A stretch of DNA of 64,000 nucleotides from Monocercomonoides exilis PA203 (Eukaryota > Protista > Preaxostyla). Below the pieces are notes generated by a model, which did not search any database, was not told where the DNA came from, and saw only the letters and a list, made by a program, of their open reading frames with translations. Positions within the stretch are counted from its first letter, which is position 1. Each line of letters begins with the position of its first letter. Where the stretch lies: assembly GCA_001643675.2 (NCBI GenBank), contig LSRY02000018.1, forward strand, positions 1-64,000. The letters are read 5' to 3'. Of this stretch, positions 36,570 through 50,276 are shown one piece after another. The position numbers were made by a program, and so were the translations under genes.

Positions 36570-38823
36570 CTAAACACGATTGCCTTCAGAGTCTTCGTCT
36601 TGGTCCAAATACTTCAGCTTTCGGATTGCTTTGTACCTGTTTCAGGAAATAGAACAGGGGAAGATTCAAAGAAATAACAAAAAAGGTTAAACATATATAC
36701 AAATGTATGATCAAATTCGAAACAGAAAACATATAAGTCAATAAAAAAGAAAGAAAGAAAGAAAGAAGTTAATGAAATACGGTATGAATCAAAAAAAATT
36801 TTGTTCATTTCGTTTATTTTTAAAAAATATAAGAATAAGAATAATAAATTTGAGATAAATTAGAAATAAATTAGAAATAAAATAAAACTTTCAAACTGGT
36901 CAGGAATTTCCTGCAGCGCAGCCACAGCAAAAGCAGGTGCAAAGTTTTCGATGTATCTCTTTTTCAGATTGTGAAAGGCGACAAATTGGAACTGTGTTGT
37001 TGAATGAGGTATGAATGTGAGGGTAAAGAAGATTATGATAAGAAGAAGAAAGAATTATCAAGTTGAAGAAATACAAAGAATTAAATAATTAAATAATTAA
37101 AATAATGATAATGAAAAGCAAGATATTTTAAAAATAAATATATTTTTATTTATTTTCAATATAAGATTTACAGCAAATAATGTCATCCAAATGGAAAAAA
37201 CACGAAAATAATATTTAAATAAAAAAAAAAAAAAAATAAAAGATAGAAAATAAAAAGAAAGAAAGAAATATACGAAACACTGTAATGACAAAGCAAACAT
37301 TATCAAATATTCTTTTTGGAACACGATCATCAAATGTTTCCATTGTTCCCCTATGTGCCATGAGTCATAAATATGAAAGGGATTTATACAAAAGAGGAAA
37401 AAGAAAAAGAAAAAGAAAAAGAAAAAGAAAAAGAAAAAGAAAAAGAAAAAGAAAAAGAAAAAGAAGTAAATAAAAATAAATAAAACAGAATAAAAAGAAC
37501 AGAATATAATTGAATGAATAGTTTCAATTTTTGATCACAATTATGTTTATTAGTCTTCCTCTCCAAAAAATGTCTCTGTACTTCAATCGCAAATACGATT
37601 ATTTGAAAAAAAACAACCTTAAACGATAAAAATACATTTTTCTCTTTCTTTTTTTTTTTCGTTTTCTTCTTTTCTATCATCAAAACAAAAATCTCAATAA
37701 AAAATCTTCCACAAACCATGGACCGTCTCCCACCCCGACACAAATGATAGACAAAGGAAACTTAGAAGCCTCAACAATCGCCTTTGTCGTCTTTTCTTCG
37801 CAATTCACCTGGCCATCTGTAAGAATCACAAGGATATGATACTTCAGATTGGGAATCGAGCAAGAGATGATTGGAAAAAGAATTGAAAAAAAAAAAAAAA
37901 AAAAACAAATAAATAAAATAAGTTAAAATATTTAAAAAAAATTAAATTAAATAAAAATATTCAAAAAATCAAAACTGTTAAAAATTTATCATTTCTTTTC
38001 TCCAATTAAAACTTTTTAAATAAAAAAATCTTTTTTTTTATCAAACAGATTTTTCTTGTTTCACTATACGAATTGCTTCGTTGATTAATGGTGCAAAATC
38101 GGTTGGTCCAGAAAGTTGAGTTACAGGCACAAGTTGCTTATAGCGTTCAAGAACCTTAAATTTGTAAAGAGCATTTAAATTTCGCAATAAATCCTTGAAT
38201 TTATAATGTATTTGCGTCTTTATACCTCTTTGAAGCCATTACAAAATCTATCTTGAAAAAATGGCGTCACAGTTTTATCACTTTTATCAAAAAGAAAGAA
38301 AATTATAAAAGCAATTTTATTGAATATATCTTGAGAAAACGAACAAACGTAGATACAGAATCCCCAAAAATATACGCTGGAATCAGATGATCATCTTTGA
38401 AACAAAAAATTTATTAAAAACATTAAATAATTTTTAAAACTTTCAAAAATTGTCTCAAACCATCAAAAGCTTCAAGTGTTTCTCCCATAATCTCTATAGC
38501 TTCCATATAAGGATTTTTAACTGAAATATCATGTAAACTTCTCCCCTGGAATGTTCTACTTCCCTTTAGACAAAAAAAAATGAGATTAAATGAAAAAACA
38601 TTTTAAACACAAACAGTTGAAACATTTGACCCAGTAAAATCTATCCCAAAAATCAGATTTGAACTTTCCAATCCTGCTTCTCGAATTGCCTTTTGAACCT
38701 TTTCGTTGAGAAAAAATACAAATCAAAGAAGAAGTAAATGCATCAAATAAATGTGAATACTTCCCCTATTGTCTTGTACTGATCAGGAATAAAATGAGGA
38801 ATTGACGAAGTTGTACAGCCCAT
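36570..38823 (-). CDS. Copine-type vWA domain protein (RGLG-like, no RING), ~10 exons; missed by the ORF track
   Basis: [42 protein letters not shown].../[23 protein letters not shown]/...[27 protein letters not shown]...[39 protein letters not shown]...[15 protein letters not shown]...*. Confidence 0.9.
37398..37462. repeat. (AAAAGA)n intronic microsatellite
   Basis: Direct observation, inside an intron of the copine-like gene. Confidence 0.9.
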
Positions 38824-39021
38824 TTGATTTTTCACAATCAAAGATCGTCCTTAACCCTTTATAATACTCTCCGTTTAAATAACAAACAACTATTCAATTG
38901 ACAACAGAATTACTTGTTAAGAATATCATTGAAGACAAAAATGCACACCAAATAATATCTGAAAACTTCGACATCTTCATTTCGATTTTGCAATTACAAT
39001 CATATTTTTTCATCATTTTTT

Positions 39022-39720
39022 TCACCGAAACAAAAAGAATCTGAATTGAATCCTTTCGTTCAATTTTTTAAAATTGATTTCATTGTGCATGAAATAACTT
39101 TCTTCAACATCCAGTTTATCATTAAGCATCACTTCATAAGAATCATGCTCGTAATAAGGCTCGAACTCTTTCTCCCTCTCTCTGTTTTTCTCCCTTTTTT
39201 GTTTATTGTTCAATTTTCAGTTATTTCATAAAATATCTCAGAATTCATTGATGTTCAACAACTCATTTTCTTCCAATTAACAAAGGGAGAATGACGCTCG
39301 GCTTTTGAAGATGCAAGGATAAGTTATACAAATACCATTCAATCATTATATCCAACTCGCTAAAAAAATCTAAAAAAAAATCTTTTTTTTTATATTTTTG
39401 GATGAAAGAGAGATGTGCAATTCCTCTGTTGAACAGTTTGGTTATTTGCTTGCTGTTTGTGAAATTGTTGTGCAGGATCAAAGCCAAAGAGTGAAAAAGA
39501 AGCAAATTCAATAGTGTTCTGACTCTTCTGTTTCTTTTGGTGCCACTTCGCTAACATTTGAAATGGCAAAAAAACATCTTTAGCTGACTCACAGCTTTGT
39601 CCACTGATGAATTCTCTGAGAAATTTTGGTAGACTTTTTTGGATTCATCTATTCTTGGTATGCCTGTGCTTTTCTTGTCCAACAGCATTGAAGAGATCTT
39701 TTGTCTTTAATTGGATGGCA
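39022..39720 (-). pseudogene. Decayed gene fragment
   Basis: Short broken coding-like minus ORFs (39022-39213, 39263-39511), no recognisable domain. Confidence 0.3.
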
Positions 39721-39864
39721 AAGATAGAGAGAAAAAAGTTCATTTTTCAAAATCTCTAATTTTATTTTTCACACTTTTAGACTGTTTTGAATTGCAAATT
39801 GAAGATTAAGAAAAAAAACCTAATTTTTGAGTAACATCGTAAAAAATCAAAACATTTCATTTCT

Positions 39865-41233
39865 TCAAATAAACAATAAATAATCTTTAATATCATGTGA
39901 AAAATTATAAAATATATCATCTGTTGGAAGCACTTCAATGAAGCTTGTCACAATATCTTCGTATCCGCCTTCCTCCAGCTTTTCAAATATCTTTCTTTTA
40001 ATCTTCCATTTTGCATAATCCAATTCTCGATACTCTGCACTTTCCAATCTATCGCAAAGAGATGTAAATACATAAAAACAGTTCCCAACAGAATCGTTAT
40101 CTTCAAATGTTTCCCAACAAACACAATCCAAAACTCGCTCAACAGCTCCACTCTTTGCGAAAACATCAGTTTTTTCTTGTATCCACATATCTGAATTTGA
40201 CATTAAAAGAAAAAACCATGTGCATTTTCCGTATATCGAATTCTTATTACACTTTGCTGCATCGTATAGCTTTGCAACGCACGCAGTTAATCCAATATGC
40301 TCTTCTTCATTTCGCACACAAAAAATATCTCCTGTATAAACAGAAATAGATTTCATCCATCTCTTTATTGTATTGAATTCAACTGATTTTTCCAGTTCTC
40401 GTTCATTTTTCTTCCAATTCAAGCGTCTCATCAGCTCTTCTAATTCTTTTGTTGCTTCTCTCGCAAAATGCAGCTTATCCACAACTGTCGGTTCCAATCC
40501 ATAGCCACGATGAAACCTTGTAATCAAAAACCCCCAGGCCGATTGATACCCAAGATGCGTCAGATTGTGATGTTCCTGGTGATGCTTGATGATTTCTGTG
40601 ATGTCATTGAGATACAACTCCTTTTCAAATTCCTAGCAATTTTCATAAAAGCGAGTTAACATTACAAACGAAACATAAAATACGAAAACATTTTCCGGAG
40701 CCATTATGCTCAAAGCCAGCAAAGCCAATTCCACTTCGTTTTGAGTTTCTTCGCTTTCTTCCTTGTTCAATGCAACTTTCAGAAGGCGACGAACCCATAT
40801 TGGAAGCAATTTCGATGAAGCCACGCTGTTCAACAAAAGAAAGCATTCACACAGATCAGCAAGCAGCTTTTCGTTTTCTTCTTCTTTTTTCTGTTCTTCT
40901 TCAAATGTCTCCATAAACCTTTCATACAATAAAGATTTAAAAAAACCATAAAAAAAAATATCCTTCAGCTCTATCCAATATCCAATGTTCTTCAACGGCA
41001 TAAGTGCGTTTTCCATTGTCATTTTCTTTTCTTCAATCATTTCATGAATTTCATTGAACAGTTCTTTTGTGAAAACAGATTTGAACTCCTTTTCACCCAT
41101 TCCGCTAATAACTTCATCCATTCCTTTAATTATTTGTTTCTGCTCTATGTCTGTGTTATTCGTCAGTTGAGAGAGTTTCTCTAAAAAAAATTGATAAATA
41201 ATTAAAATAATTAAAAAACAAAAATACGTTCAT
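39865..41233 (-). CDS. Member of expanded lineage-specific helical-repeat protein family (paralogue A)
   Basis: EQKQII..MDE..VFTKELFNEI..MIEEK; LLADLCECFL; LLKVALNKEESEETQNEVELALLALS; intron ~40630-40690; LYLNDITEIIKHHQEHHNLTHLGYQSAW; EKLEEGGYED. Start uncertain. Confidence 0.8.
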
Positions 41234-41619
41234 TCCACCACTCGTTTCTTTTAAAAATATTGGCAAACTCAAAAATATTTGTCTTTTTGAATGTGACTGT
41301 GCAACCGAAAAATTATTTCAAAACAAGAAATAAATTCATTTTTCAGAAATGTCGATTAATAATCGCATCAACATAAATTAAAAATGATAAATCGAAATTT
41401 TTAATTAACGCAGGATTCGAAACCTCTTTTGCCATCAATGATTTTTGACTCAAAATTTGAAAAACCAAAAAAAAATAAAAAAACTTCTTTTAAGCAAATA
41501 ATTAAGGGTAGGCAACCAATAATTCTATAAGCAAAGATTTTTGATTGGTGATTTGCGACAGCCAGAGCATGTTTGAGCTGCTTGGGCGAATGGCTACAGA
41601 TGCAACAATGTGAGATATA

Positions 41620-43320
41620 GCAATGCATATGAACAGGGATTATTTTTTCAGATGGTGGAGCGAGTGGCTGTTTGCATCGATTACTTGCGAAAAGGAAGCT
41701 GATGGGGGAAATTGCATGAAATTTGAACTTTGCAATATGTTACAAAATACATGACACAATATCGACTACAATATTTTGATGAGAAATAATTCAAGAAAGA
41801 TGCAAAAATAGCTACGACAATTTCAGAAAAGTTGAAATGAACAGCGAGCTCAATTTTGTGGAAATATGTTTACTTTGCATATCTTTTGGGCAGGAATTGT
41901 TTAACTTTTTTTTTATGTGGGGAGGTTGGTTTCGTGGAAAAAGAAAGGGAATTGAGTGGTTGGACAATGGAGGAAGCGAACAGAACGAAGCACTCAGCAG
42001 GCGTGAACAACAATCTCATTGCCATTTGTACGAAGCCTGCTGGAAAGCTATCAACAAAAACATGAAGTTGAATTAGTCTTTGAAGAGGAGTTCATTTCTT
42101 GTTAATTTGGAGAATATAATCTTTCATCTGATATCATAGCCAACTTCACAACGGATTCTCTGCTTTCAAAGACGTTCTTTGCCAGCCATTTATTATCCAG
42201 TTATCTGCTTTTTTGAAGGAAGAGAAACAATTTTGGTGAACAAGAAAGCCAGCTGTGTTGATAATTGCCAATTTATTGGAGATGGGAAAATATTACAAGT
42301 CAAAAAGATGGTTTGGTTTTTTTTATTTCATTCATTTTTCTTAAATGGGGTATTTTCAATGAATATAGATTGACCATGAACAGGAATGCCACAGAGAGAG
42401 AAAGAAGCACTAGAATCCTTCTCAAAAGAGCTAGAAGCTTTGAGTTTATTCATGTTTGAATTACATTCAACAATGACATTCGTGACTTCCCATCTATTTT
42501 TCATGCTTCATCATCGATTAACTCATCTTCTTCTTCTTTGCAGTCATCGTTATTTCCAAGAATTGTTTGATGAGAACAGCCATTTTGATGCTTTCGTTTC
42601 AAGACTCACAATTCCGGAGAAGTTGTAGAATTGTACGAAGTGTGAATGTCCTTTGGAAATTGCATGGGATTTTGAGTTGGAGTTGGAGTTGGAGTTGGCG
42701 GAATTCAAAGAGAAGAAGAGAAAGGAGGGGATACAGTGAAGGGCAAGAAAACTGGGGAAAATAGTTGTGAACAAGAAAATCAGATTTGAAGAAGAAGAGG
42801 AGAGAAGAGAGAAAGAGGAAACAAGCTATTATGAAAGAGAACGCAATATTTTCTAATGAATGAAATGAAAGAAGAAAAGATGTTCCACATTTTGAGGAAA
42901 GAAAGCACAGAGAAAGAGAAAGAGAAGAGAAAAAGTATTCTTCCCAATATTCGCTTAAAAAAAAAGATGAAGAAAATATTTGGATTAATTATTACGGTAA
43001 ACTTCCCAAAAGAAGAGACGAAAGTGGGAATTTTCATGAAGAAAAGGAAAATATTTATGGAAAGAAGAAGCAGAAGATAAAACTAAAGCTGTGAAAATCA
43101 ATCAAAGAGAAATATTTCTCCGATGCTGCTAATTCTCCGGATTTGGTTCAAAAATCTTAAAAAGTGATATTTTGAGGATATAAGCAGAAGAAGCAAAGGA
43201 AACAAATGAAACAAAGGAGACAAAGGATATAAAGGAGATAAAGGAACTAAAGGAGATAATGGAGATAAAGGAGATAAAGGAAATGGAGAAAGATGAAATA
43301 CAGCAAGCAGATGATTAGAG
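41620..43320 (+). pseudogene. Decayed multi-exon gene of unknown function
   Basis: Coding-like fragments with intron remnants and in-frame stops (PEKL*NCTKCECP at 42626; EGIQ*RARKLG); ends in a degenerate 9-nt AAAGGAGAT repeat ~43213-43285. Confidence 0.5.
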
Positions 43321-43746
43321 CGAAGAGGGATATAGTTTTTTTATTTTTTATTTTATTATTTTTTTATTTTTTTTTTTTTTTTTTTGGATAATCATGTTTT
43401 AAATGTTTCTTTCAGAATGCATCATAAAATATGATAATCTCATTTGCAATGCATTCATAAAAGATAATTTTTCTTTTTCTTTGGTAAATTTTCACTCATT
43501 GTTCCCTCATTTGGTGATAAAAATTGTTGTTCAAAAAAAAAAGTTTTGATCAAAATGTCCATAACAATAAGCAAGAATAAATTGAAAGTTGTTTTCAACA
43601 TTAAACATTTTCATAAAAATACTAATATTGAATCAAATGGTATAAATTTTGATATTCTCATGGATATTTAAGGCTTCTATTTGTCATCAACTCCTTCTTT
43701 ACAAACATGTTAACCATCAATTTGAATTGCAATTTGTGGATATTTG

Positions 43747-45180
43747 ATGATTTCCATGAAACCAAAAATGCAGGAAATAAATGTCACAGATAGGTTCACT
43801 TGTTTGCACTTATAGTTTCATTCCAATTTTTGATAATTGAGAAATTTTCTTTTTCAATTTTCAGATTTGCTAGATAAACTAAAATACTCCTCTAATGCTG
43901 AGCAAAAACAAATTATTGAAGAGATGAATGAACTTATAGATGATATGGGAGAAGTGGAAACTGAAATTGTTTTCACAACAGAACTATTCGACAAGATAGA
44001 ATTAATGATTGAAGAAAAGAACTTATCATTGGAAGATTCTATTTTGTTACTGAAGCGGGTTGGGCGCTGCAGCATGCTAAAGTTAGTGACTAATTATAGT
44101 TTTGTCAATTGTTCGTTGAGGAAAAGATTTGAAAAGTTGATTATTGATGAAGATAAAAAGAAAGAAGGTGAGGATCAAAAGCTATTGATTGATCTTTGCG
44201 AATGCTATCTAATGCTGATTGTTTCTTTTAAAAATGTATCAAAAGAAATGATTTCTGTATTGATTCCTTGCATCATGAAAGTTGCTTTGTACAAGGAGGA
44301 AAACGAGGAAACTCAAAAAGAAGTGGAAATGGCATTGCTTGCTTTGAGTTACGTAGAGAAATATGACGTTTGAGCATTCATGATTTCGTTTTTATTGAAT
44401 TATTTATTTGATTAGGAAATTGAAAAGGAACTGTTTTTGAAAGATATTAAAGAAATCATCACAAATCACCAAAAGCGTAACAATCTGACACGCTTTGCAT
44501 ATCAAGCTGCTTGGCAATTTTTGATCTACAGACTATGCAGGGATGAAAGTTTGGAAGACATAATTGTGAATGAGCTTCATTTTGGAAGAGAGGCAAGAAG
44601 AGAGTTGGAAGAACTGTCAAGAAGTGTGGATTGGAAGAGAAATTATGAGGAAAAAGGAGAAAAAGAAGCTAAAGATGCGCTAATAATCAAAAGATGGCTT
44701 CAAACGTTTGAGTCATATCTTGAATCGTGTGAACTGTGGAATGAAGAATATGTCGAAGTTTTCAACAGCATTGTTCAGGTGTTGAGTTCAGCAAAGGTGA
44801 ATAACAGAGAAATTAGCTACGGGTGCATCCATTTATTTATGACAGCAGCAGAAAACAGTTTTATCAAAATTGAAGACTTGCTGAAAAGTGGAGCGGCTGA
44901 TGCTGTTATGGAGGGGATTCATCAACCAACTATGGATAATGATATCATATGTATGTATTTGGAATTTTTTGAAATTATTTCGTTGCGATTGAAAGAAAAA
45001 AAGGATGATGAAATCGAAGAAGCAAAAAGAAAAGAATTGAAAAAGAAAGTGTTTGAAAAGATGGAAGAAGTTGGAGACGAAGATGCGATCATGAGCTTTT
45101 ATAAAATACTTCCATTTCTTGCCAGCATAAAGTATTTCTTCGTATCATCAAACATTAAATATTACTTTGTGAATGTTTGA
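43747..45180 (+). CDS. Member of the same expanded family (paralogue B), divergent from paralogue A
   Basis: EQKQIIEEMNE..VFTTELFDKI..MIEEK; LLIDLCECYL; KVALYKEENEETQKEVEMALLALS; intron ~44368-44415 at the same position as in A; IITNHQKRNNLTRFAYQAAWQFL; EKMEEVGDED. First intron acceptor unclear. Confidence 0.82.
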
Positions 45181-46049
45181 GAAAATGAAATGTTGAACAT
45201 TTTTTCAATCAAAATTTTAATTTTATTATATCTTTGATTTATCATTTCGCTGCTTTAACAAAATATTTGAATTTTGTTTGAATTTCGTGAAACACTTTAA
45301 AATTATCAACATTAACAAATAACAAGTTCTTATCAAAATTAAGATTTATTTCTAACAATTTATGTAAGTGATATTCGAATAAAAATATTTTATGTTCCTT
45401 TGTTGATTTGGATTAACTGTAAATATCGTATGATATTTTTTTGTTTAAAAAAGTGTGTTCGTAAAGAAAAGGATAAGATGCATTTTGATTTTCTTCATAT
45501 TGTTTCATAAAAATAATCAGAAAAATGTCAGATTCGAAAAAGTTGAAACAGTCCAAAAAATCAATGAGGAGAAAGATAAAAATTCATGAAAAAAGTTATA
45601 CGACAAATAACAAACAAGAAAATCAACGAGAATACGTTTTTAATAAAATCATATATCCATTTATTAACCTGAAATTTTAGGAAAATAGGATGAGTTGATA
45701 TTTCAAATAAAAAAAGAATTTTTTAAGTTGTTTTTTATTTAAAGGGAAAAAAAAAGTGACTTTTAAAAAGCTTTTCTCAAAATTGTAAAAAAATGGAACT
45801 ATATGACTGATTTTCAAATAAAAAAAATGCGTTAAACTTTAAAGAAAATGATAGATTGTAATAACATACAGCAAAAAAATTAATAATAAAAAACACTTTA
45901 ATGTGTCTTTTTTTATAATCGGATTTTTCAATTATTGTAAATAAAAAGAAAATTACAGACTCACATCAACCAATAAACCAACTCACTTCCACATTTCGCT
46001 CCTCCTTTTAAAATCAAAGCAGGATATTCAGCAACATCTTCACATAAAG

Positions 46050-47641
46050 TTACATGCTGTTGAAAAAGTTAAGAGGGCGTTTGACTTTCTTCTTAATACC
46101 TAGATCTGAAAAATTAGAAGGGAATGCAAATGGTCTTGGAAGATCGATGTCAGAAGGATTATAATATGAATGGATCCGATTTGAGTGATTTTTGCTGAGT
46201 TTCGGGGTTACCCTCGGAAGCATCCAGAACAATTGCAAATTCCCATGCGCCATTGCTGCCTCAACCACATCGCGTATTCCAGACTCTTCAATTGCATCGT
46301 CCAGAAGCCAAAGAAGGTGTGTTCCTGTGTCGTCTTCCTTCTCCACCTCAGCTATTTCCTCGTCCATGCTAACAAGTGGGACAATCTTGGGCTTTGTGCG
46401 TCGACGGCTGTTTGCATTGCTGAGATCCGGAGGCAGGCAAATAACATCGTCAAGCTGCGAAATATTGTCCCAGGAAGGGGCATTAGGCGCACCCCACGGA
46501 TTGTCCATGTGTTCTTCGATGAATGCATTCCTCTTTGCAAGAGCATCATTGATAGGTCCAATCATCTCAAGTCTATTCAGCCGAGAAGAAAGAGAGAACG
46601 CAACACACTTTTCATGGAGCACTTTGATTGCCATTAAAAGCATTTTGTCCAGCGCTGCGCCTTTTGAGGCCATCCACTCAAGCAGCCGGGAAACATAGCC
46701 CATCTCAAAAACATACGGCAGCTCCTTCACAACAGACGTCAAAACTGCAACCACCAAAAACTCAGCATTGATCTGAGCTGATTCAAGTGATCGAGGAATA
46801 AGAATACCGCTTCGTAGACCCGTAATCGTTATCGGAGCAGCAAGCGGAAATGGATTTGCAATCTTCTCCATCAGCCGATGGAAAATGCTGTCAAGAACAA
46901 TTTTGTCGGCTAAGTCTGGCACATTCAAAGTGTTGATGGCCAAGAATGAGCAAATGTAATGGAACCGTTGAGATGAGAGAGAAATGTGGTATTTCAAAGG
47001 AGTGAAGAAGGATGGATATGAGCTGATCAAATGTAGAATAAAATTGGCACCGACAGATTCGGATAAGCTCATTGTGAATTCGTAACTATCGTAATAATAC
47101 GAAATTCTATACTTTTCGCAGGCACGCTCAAACTCAGCATAGCTGGTATAATCACTGAGACGAGGCTTCGGAAAAAACTGAGCAATCCTGAATTTGCAAG
47201 GAGAACGAGCAAACATGTTTGGATTTGTGCATCCTTTGTATTCTTTTTCTCCTTTCTCTGCATCCCTTTTGACTGCGTCTTCCATTTCCTGCTCGATGCA
47301 GTCCAGTTCTGTCTGCAGATCACTTTCAAACATCGGAGCCAAACGCCTGCACAAAGCGTCTGAATGATTCGACAGATCAGACAGGCAGATCCAGCTGTAG
47401 TGTTCAAATGCCCTGTGCGGAAATCTGAAAAGAAGACAAAATAAACCCCAGAAGTTTCCCGAAGGGAAAATGCATTTAATGAAAATTTCGTTTGAATAAG
47501 AACATTTAAGCGAGAGTTGTTGTTGAATTAAATTGTCCAAAATACAAAAAAAGACGAAAAGAACAAACAAAATGAGTTTGTGCATCGAAAATAGAATTTT
47601 TATAAGCAATAGGTTTAAGCAAATTACCAAAAAAAAAAAAT

Positions 47642-47736
<95 letters not shown>

Positions 47737-49730
47737 AGAGACTCAAACACATACTTGATTAAACGTGTAAAAGCAGCAGCAGCTTTTATCACAATTGACT
47801 CGGGCAATGGTTTTTCCAAGTTTGGCACTGAATACATAGCAGTGTAGAATTCATGATTTTTGGTGCAAACAGAAGCAGTCCCATAAAACATTGCGCATTC
47901 ACAATTTCCCAGCACAAATGAAACCGTCGCACAAATACAAGAAAATTCAGATAAAATCAGCATTTAATGAATATCAGAAAGAGTCAAGGAGAGAATTTTA
48001 AAAGTCAACAACAACGTTTGAAATTGAAACGAATAATAAATTGATTTTTATCAGATTAAAATTCAAGCAGAAAATGATTGCAAACAGTTGTTGTTCAAAA
48101 AGTGAATCATGAAAACCAAAACTTCCCTGATCCGCTGATATTTGCGCTGGTAATCGCATTCAGTAAAATCCACTTTTGCGTACATAAGGTATTGTTCATC
48201 ATCACCTTCGTTTTCTTTTTCTTTTTCTTTTTCTTCTTTCCCTTCCTTCTCTTCCTTCTCTTCCTTCCCTTCCTTCTCTTCTTTACTCTCTTTTGCAGCA
48301 GCCAACTCCTTCTGCTTCGTTCTTTCATATTCTTCTTCTTCTCCTTCTTTCAGCTCCAAGCTGTCCACAAGCACACATAGTATACTTTTCACTTGAAAGG
48401 CAGGAGTTTTATTGCATCTCAAATCGTAAAGCGCAAATACAGCCTTCAGTCTCACAGAAACGGGAATTAAATCTAAGTTTTGCAAAACAAAATCATTTGA
48501 AGAAGAATCAGACAAAGAGGAAGACATCATATCTGATTCTAAAGAAGAAGAAGAAGAAGAAGTTGATGTTGAAGCTGAGTTTTGTCCGAAATTTTTATTT
48601 TCTCCGTCTTTGCCTTCCTTCTTTTTAAGTTGTTTGCGCTTCGTGCTGCTTTCTTGTTTGGCAGGAAGCTTCTTTTCTGATTTTCCAATTCGAGTTTTCG
48701 AATTATTTCCTGTTCTTTCTGCACTTTTTGTTCCTTTTTTTGGCTTTTTTGCTTTCAATTTTGTTTCTTTGTTTTCTTCTTCAATGCCTTCAACATCCTC
48801 TTTTTCTTCTTTTTCAATTACAACATTTTCCAAAATATTGTAAAGATTGTATCTAGTCATCTTTTTGCTTTCCACCTCCTTAACAATTCCTCTCTTCCTA
48901 TTTCCCACAATGATTTCCATAAGAACACCTCGAAATCCGTAGCTTTTAAACGCATCCATGAAATTGTAATTGGTGCGGCAGCCATTCTTCAGGACAGAGC
49001 GGTACATAAGGCAAAGAGCATCAATCGCATCTGAAAGGCCATCTGCATTCTGACATCGGATGAGGATGTCGTCCAGCCCATCCAGCACACGCTGCCCAAC
49101 CAGCCTGATTGCCTCGCTCGAGTCGTTCATTCGCACAACATTCAGAAGAAACTTCGACAGAACAGACAGCGTCTCGTCGTTCTCTGAAGCATGGATGCTC
49201 TCCACAACAGCAGGAATCAAGCTGCACTTGATGACAATTTGCTTGAGCAAGGGAGATGCCAGAAAATCAGACTGCGTAACCTTTTCTGAAGCAGCATTTT
49301 CTTTTCCACTTATTTGTCTTTCACTGTTGTCAGCTTTTTGTTCTATCGCCACTTCTTTAAGCTCATGAAATCCCTTCGAATATGAAAATGGATTTGTAAG
49401 CATCTCCAGCACCATTCCATAAGTTCTTATAACTTCATCTTCTCCAACTTTCAAGATTCTGGATCCATATTCCAACAAATCATTCAGTATTTCCGATGGG
49501 ACCGTTTCCATTTTTCCAAAAAACTTCTTCAATAGTTCAAGGGCTTCTTTCGAATCCGTTCGAAGATCATCCATCTTTGGCGAGCGCGAACTGAATTAAT
49601 AAAAAAAAGAAAAGAAAAGATATTCTTTCAAAAAAAACAAATCAAAAAATAGTTTTCACACTGAAATTTTTTACAAATCTCCTTTAACTTTTCGGTATCT
49701 TTTAAACATAATTCAAAGATGGTATTTCAT
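46050..49730 (-). CDS. Large multi-exon hypothetical protein, probably alpha-helical (ARM-like) with low-complexity inserts
   Basis: ORFs 48063-49574 and 46050-47963 are collinear; the (TC)n(TATT)n segment ~47425-47749 is an in-frame intron; probable short first exon near 49730. Confidence 0.7.
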
Positions 49731-50182
49731 TGATTTTTTAAAAAATAGTTATTAAAAAGCTAACATTCATTGTTTTCTGGTAAAATTTCTCTATCCTGAT
49801 TGCATGCAAATTTTTGAGTAAATTCCAAATTTTTTAATAATGTTCAATGTTCATATTTTATAGATGTGGATTAATAAAAAAAGAAATAATTTCAATTGAA
49901 ACATAAATAATTCAGAAATGATAATATCAATTGGAAAATAAATAAAATATTGCAAAACTCTGCAAATTTGTGCGTCTTCGATATCGTCTTTCTTTTTTGA
50001 GAATCTTTTCATTTTATCAAAAAATCATTTGTTTATGGCTTTATCAAGATCTTTGTTTCTATTTGAAAAATCTCACACATCTTCAAAATTCTGCGAACAA
50101 CTTTAATATCACAATTAAATATATAAATAAAATGAAAGGGAATAAAATGAATCAATAGGTTTTATTCTTTCAACAACAACAA

Positions 50183-50183
<1 letters not shown>

Positions 50184-50230
<47 letters not shown>

Positions 50231-50276
50231 GCCGGGCACTGACTGACTCGAGCCCACCTTTTTCAAGGTGACGCAG
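50184..50276 (-). other. Small GC-rich double-hairpin island next to a 45-nt A/T homopolymer
   Basis: Minus strand CACCTT-GAAA-AAGGTG, GGGC...GCCC / GTGCC-C-GGCAC, then T45. Confidence 0.4.

Noticed and set aside
43213-43285. Collagen-like GDK repeats
   Set aside because: Short degenerate 9-nt repeat in a pseudogene; it reads equally well as charged KEI repeats in another frame.
47425-47749. Hydrophobic 'membrane' segment [14 protein letters not shown] in ORF 46050-47963
   Set aside because: In-frame intron made of (TC)n and (TATT)n microsatellites.
50229-50276. CRISPR/tracrRNA or tRNA gene call
   Set aside because: No repeat-spacer array, no Cas/TnpB/Fanzor ORF and no cloverleaf; kept only as an unexplained hairpin island.
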